Origin: an uncultured delta proteobacterium
Lineage (GTDB): Bacteria > Desulfobacterota > WTBG01
Assembly: GCA_963793865.1 (NCBI GenBank)
Contig: CAWCBP010000008.1
Coordinates: forward strand, 576,001-640,000
Direction: 5' to 3'
DNA: 64,000 nucleotides
Notes under the pieces: model-generated
The model's input: only the letters and a program-made list of their open reading frames with translations
What the model was told of the DNA's origin: nothing
The model's database searches: none
Shown: piece after piece, positions 61,236 through 64,000 of the stretch
Layout of the letters: every line of letters starts with the position of its first letter
Position numbering within the stretch: the stretch's first letter is position 1
Translations under genes and position numbers: made by a program

Positions 61236-62039
61236 TTAAACGGGGATCTCGGGCTGGATGACCAGGCGATCTATCCCCTTCTCCCGCAATTCATCGCCGG
61301 TGGGTATCTTCTCATTTTTATAGAAGATGGTGTTGCCCTTGCGGATGAGGGTCGTGGTCATGACCGGGTTGTCCAGGGTGAATGTATACTTCTGGCATTC
61401 CTTCTTGCAGGGGAAGATGCCGATCATCCCCTTTTGCTCGGGTATGTCGCAGGATGCGGTGAGACAAAATCGGGTGGTGGTAACGTAGACAAAGGGTATG
61501 TAGAGAGAGAGGTGCATTTCGGAGCCGATGTTCCCGAGCTCCAGGTCCTGAAGCGGGTAGTCCAGTTCCGCTCTTTTGATTCCTCGTTCCTGCAGGAATG
61601 CGCGGTAGTTCGGCACCGTGAGGTTGGTGCTTTTAAAATAGCGCTTTGCATCAGGCGGTAGACTTTCCAGGGCATTCATCAGCCGAGGGCCCCGCTTGAT
61701 CTTGGTCAGCAGCCTTCCCAGTACCGGTTCAAGCTCGTCTGAAATCTTCCTGATTGTCCGGTACATCCCCCAGTCATTGAAAATAATCTCGCTTCCGGGA
61801 ATCGCTTCCGCCACCAGCTCAATAATCTTCTGCCAATTCTTGAGGCCGGTGCCGGTCACATATGGTGTGACCAGGGAAAAGCCTGCGCGCTTCTCCCGCA
61901 CTAAATCCAGTACCTGCCGGATGTCGTGCGCGGAGGGAACGAGGCGTTCGCAGAATTCAGTGCCGAAGTACAACCTCTCCAGCGCGGAGGTGAAGTACCG
62001 TACATTTTTTGTCTTGGCGATAAAAAGGGCTCGTTCCAT
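61236..62039 (-). CDS. U32-family, UbiV-like putative Fe-S protein
   Basis: RLYFGTEFCERL, VTPY, NDWG, TTRFCLTASC...PCKKEC, GNTIF. Confidence 0.55.
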   Translation of the reverse strand: MERALFIAKTKNVRYFTSALERLYFGTEFCERLVPSAHDIRQVLDLVREKRAGFSLVTPYVTGTGLKNWQKIIELVAEAIPGSEIIFNDWGMYRTIRKISDELEPVLGRLLTKIKRGPRLMNALESLPPDAKRYFKSTNLTVPNYRAFLQERGIKRAELDYPLQDLELGNIGSEMHLSLYIPFVYVTTTRFCLTASCDIPEQKGMIGIFPCKKECQKYTFTLDNPVMTTTLIRKGNTIFYKNEKIPTGDELREKGIDRLVIQPEIPV

Positions 62040-62129
62040 CGCTGTTTTTGCTCCCCGTTGCAGAGGACATAATCGGGAGAATCGTGCGCCCGGCGGTACT
62101 GTCATGAATGTGGGCGAAACCGGGCCGTT

Positions 62130-62861
62130 TTATTCCCTGGTCAGGCTGACGATGGCCTGGAGCCGCGCTGCTTCCTCGTTGTTTTTGAGGTCGCTTGTCC
62201 GCGGTCCCATCATAATGGTGAAAAAAGCCCGCTGCGCCGACAAGGGGACATCAAATCCCCACCTCCTGAAGAGGTGGTATTCGAAATCAGCCTGATATCC
62301 CATGATCATCTCCGTCCACATGTGCACGGGGCACCGCCGCGGTTTGGAGGTTAAAACAGCGGCGTAGCTTTTGACCACCTTTTCCTGAAGCACCTGCAGC
62401 AGTTTTGTGTCGTGCATGCCGCTCTTGTTGCATATAAAGCCGCTGATGGTGCAGTTTTTAAACAGCATGCCGCTCTTGACCCGCTGGGAGAGCTGGAGAT
62501 AGTCCATGTCCAGCTCTTTCAGCTCCCTGCTCAGGCAGGAATCGAAGATCTCGCTGTGCTCCTCGCTCTGGACGGTGGGTATTCCGGCAAAGTAGGTGGT
62601 CGCGCAATGATCACCCACCTGCAGCAGCGACCCGTCGGTGGAGAGCGGCGGATAGCCATCCCTGGTTATCCAGAGACTTTGCGGCAGCCGGATGAAATTG
62701 CCTTTTTTGCGTGTCTCCTTTTCGACCACCACCACGCTGGTTCCGGTATCCTCTTCACCGTATTCCTTGATGCGGTGGTTGACGGTGGTCTCCCGGTATT
62801 GGTAGACGTAGGTGTACTCGCCGATCTCTTTTAATGCGAATCCAAAGCGCTTAAAATCCAT
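62130..62861 (-). CDS. hypothetical protein
   Basis: 243 aa ORF with GAGG RBS; no family recognised. Confidence 0.65.
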   Translation of the reverse strand: MDFKRFGFALKEIGEYTYVYQYRETTVNHRIKEYGEEDTGTSVVVVEKETRKKGNFIRLPQSLWITRDGYPPLSTDGSLLQVGDHCATTYFAGIPTVQSEEHSEIFDSCLSRELKELDMDYLQLSQRVKSGMLFKNCTISGFICNKSGMHDTKLLQVLQEKVVKSYAAVLTSKPRRCPVHMWTEMIMGYQADFEYHLFRRWGFDVPLSAQRAFFTIMMGPRTSDLKNNEEAARLQAIVSLTRE

Positions 62862-62972
62862 ATCGTGCCTCGCTGTGCCTGTGCCTGGTGTCCCCGTACG
62901 AAGGGATGCAGGGAAATGTGCGGGGTAACCCTGCTCTTCGATACAGCATGATCCTTCTGATAAGCACCTTCG

Positions 62973-63063
62973 GTCATTGCGAGCGACCGCAGGGCGCGCG
63001 GCAATCTCATTGTAGGTAATAGTTTATGAGATTGCTTCGGCCGCCTCGCGTCCTCGCAATGAC
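62973..63063. repeat. REP family C element
   Basis: gtcattgcgagcgaccg...cctcgcaatgac, homolog of 12557-12648. Confidence 0.8.
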
Positions 63064-63091
63064 AGTATAACATGATCGCAAAACCCGGAAG

Positions 63092-63541
63092 TTATTTGTC
63101 CCCCGTTTCCGCATATTCCTTGTAGCGTTTGAGGATTTCCTCGAAGGCGGGATAATGAATGGTGAGTCCTACAAGCTCGCTTTTGCTTTCGAAGGTCACA
63201 TCGGTTCCGCGGGTAAAGAGGAACACGTCCCCGGCAGACCCCTCCAGCGACTCGCCGTTGCAGGTTGCGCACAGGGGCCCGCCTGAAATGATGTAGAAAA
63301 TCTGGTCGCACTCGTAGTGCCAGTCGAATTTGACCGGCGGCCACTTTTCAAATACTGATCCGAAATGGGTGCACTGGCTCTGGTCAAAAAGCATTGCCAC
63401 CTGGACGTCCTTGAGCGCCTTGACCCCGGGCAGCGCCTCATCCGCCATGTCAAAAAAATTGCCGACCTTTTCCCACTTGGCATCCCGGGCTTTGCGCAAT
63501 ATGGCAGGCACTTGGTCCTCCTTTCCCTGCTCAAACGGCAT
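63092..63541 (-). CDS. cupin-domain protein (EutQ-like)
   Basis: FDWHYECDQIFYIISG ... AGDVFLFTRGTDVTF. Confidence 0.7.
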   Translation of the reverse strand: MPFEQGKEDQVPAILRKARDAKWEKVGNFFDMADEALPGVKALKDVQVAMLFDQSQCTHFGSVFEKWPPVKFDWHYECDQIFYIISGGPLCATCNGESLEGSAGDVFLFTRGTDVTFESKSELVGLTIHYPAFEEILKRYKEYAETGDK

Positions 63542-63629
63542 GCAGCCAGCCGCGCCGGGTTTCCGTCGCGGGCTGCATGATTATGCAGGGGCATTCATAG
63601 AATATTCAAGCGGCTTTGTCAATACCCTT

Positions 63630-63786
63630 TACAGGCTGCTGAAAAACACCCATCTGCTTCGTTACGCTCATCCTTCGTCATTGCGGCGTACCGAAAAGTA
63701 CGCCTCATTCCTTATGATTTCGCGTGCCTTGCATCTGGATGTTTTTGACCAGCCTGCGTAAATTTACTTTTTCAACAACATGTGTA
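63630..63786 (+). mobile_element. MITE-like element, copy 3
   Basis: caggctgctgaaaaacacccatctgc...gtttttgaccagcctg plus second end actttttcaacaacatg. Confidence 0.8.
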
Positions 63787-63804
63787 AGGGCAGGTATCCG
63801 GCGG

Positions 63805-64000
63805 TTACCTGGCGCGGAAGGTAAACTTGATGATCCAGTAAAACGCGGCTATCCCGTCCTTCCAGTTTATTTTTTTACCTTCGGTGTAATCCCTGCCGCT
63901 GTAGGAAATGTCGACTTCGTAGATGCGGCACTTCAGTTTGGCCAGCTTGGTGGTGATTTCCGGCTCCACGCCGAAGCGGTTTGATTCTATGGTAAACTGT
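63805..64000 (-). CDS. glycosyltransferase family 2 (DPM1-like), C-terminal part
   Basis: own translation ESNRFGVEPEITTKLAK...IYEVDISYSGRDYTEGKKINWKDG; absent from the ORF track. Confidence 0.85.
   Translation of the reverse strand, partial: QFTIESNRFGVEPEITTKLAKLKCRIYEVDISYSGRDYTEGKKINWKDGIAAFYWIIKFTFRAR

Noticed and set aside
1..64000. tRNA, rRNA, integrase, transposase or selenoprotein recoding
   Set aside because: None recognised by eye; interrupted genes are explained by indels, not in-frame TGA

Overview
Chromosomal window from an anaerobic, GC-rich bacterium; gene content suggests Desulfobacterota (inference). It holds glgX; a class III ribonucleotide reductase operon (nrdD-thioredoxin-nrdG, with an NrdR box); two secreted propeller proteins with CFI-box-like C-termini; a type IV minor pilin cluster (fimT, four-helix-bundle gene, pilV/W/X, pilY1, PilB/GspE ATPase); two toxin-antitoxin pairs; aqpZ; a near-symmetric 7-repeat propeller; Hc1; pepD; a PPIase; mtgA; a MacAB-like ABC system; leuCD; and a futalosine menaquinone cluster (mqnA/B/C/D/E/L/P, menG nearby). 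That cluster is flanked by geranylgeranyl-reductase-like flavoproteins and a UbiV-like U32 protein. Intergenic DNA is dense in REP palindromes, a MITE family with a doubled right end, and a mosaic of 7/8-mer repeat blocks. Several single-base frameshifts, clustered at 39-42 kb, look like assembly errors. No rRNA, tRNA, CRISPR, transposase or reverse transcriptase was recognised. The best candidates for novelty, all hypotheses, are possible quinone-tailoring genes, the heptamer mosaic with the four-helix-bundle gene, and a MITE with structured cargo. All assignments are by-eye motif recognition; no searches were run.
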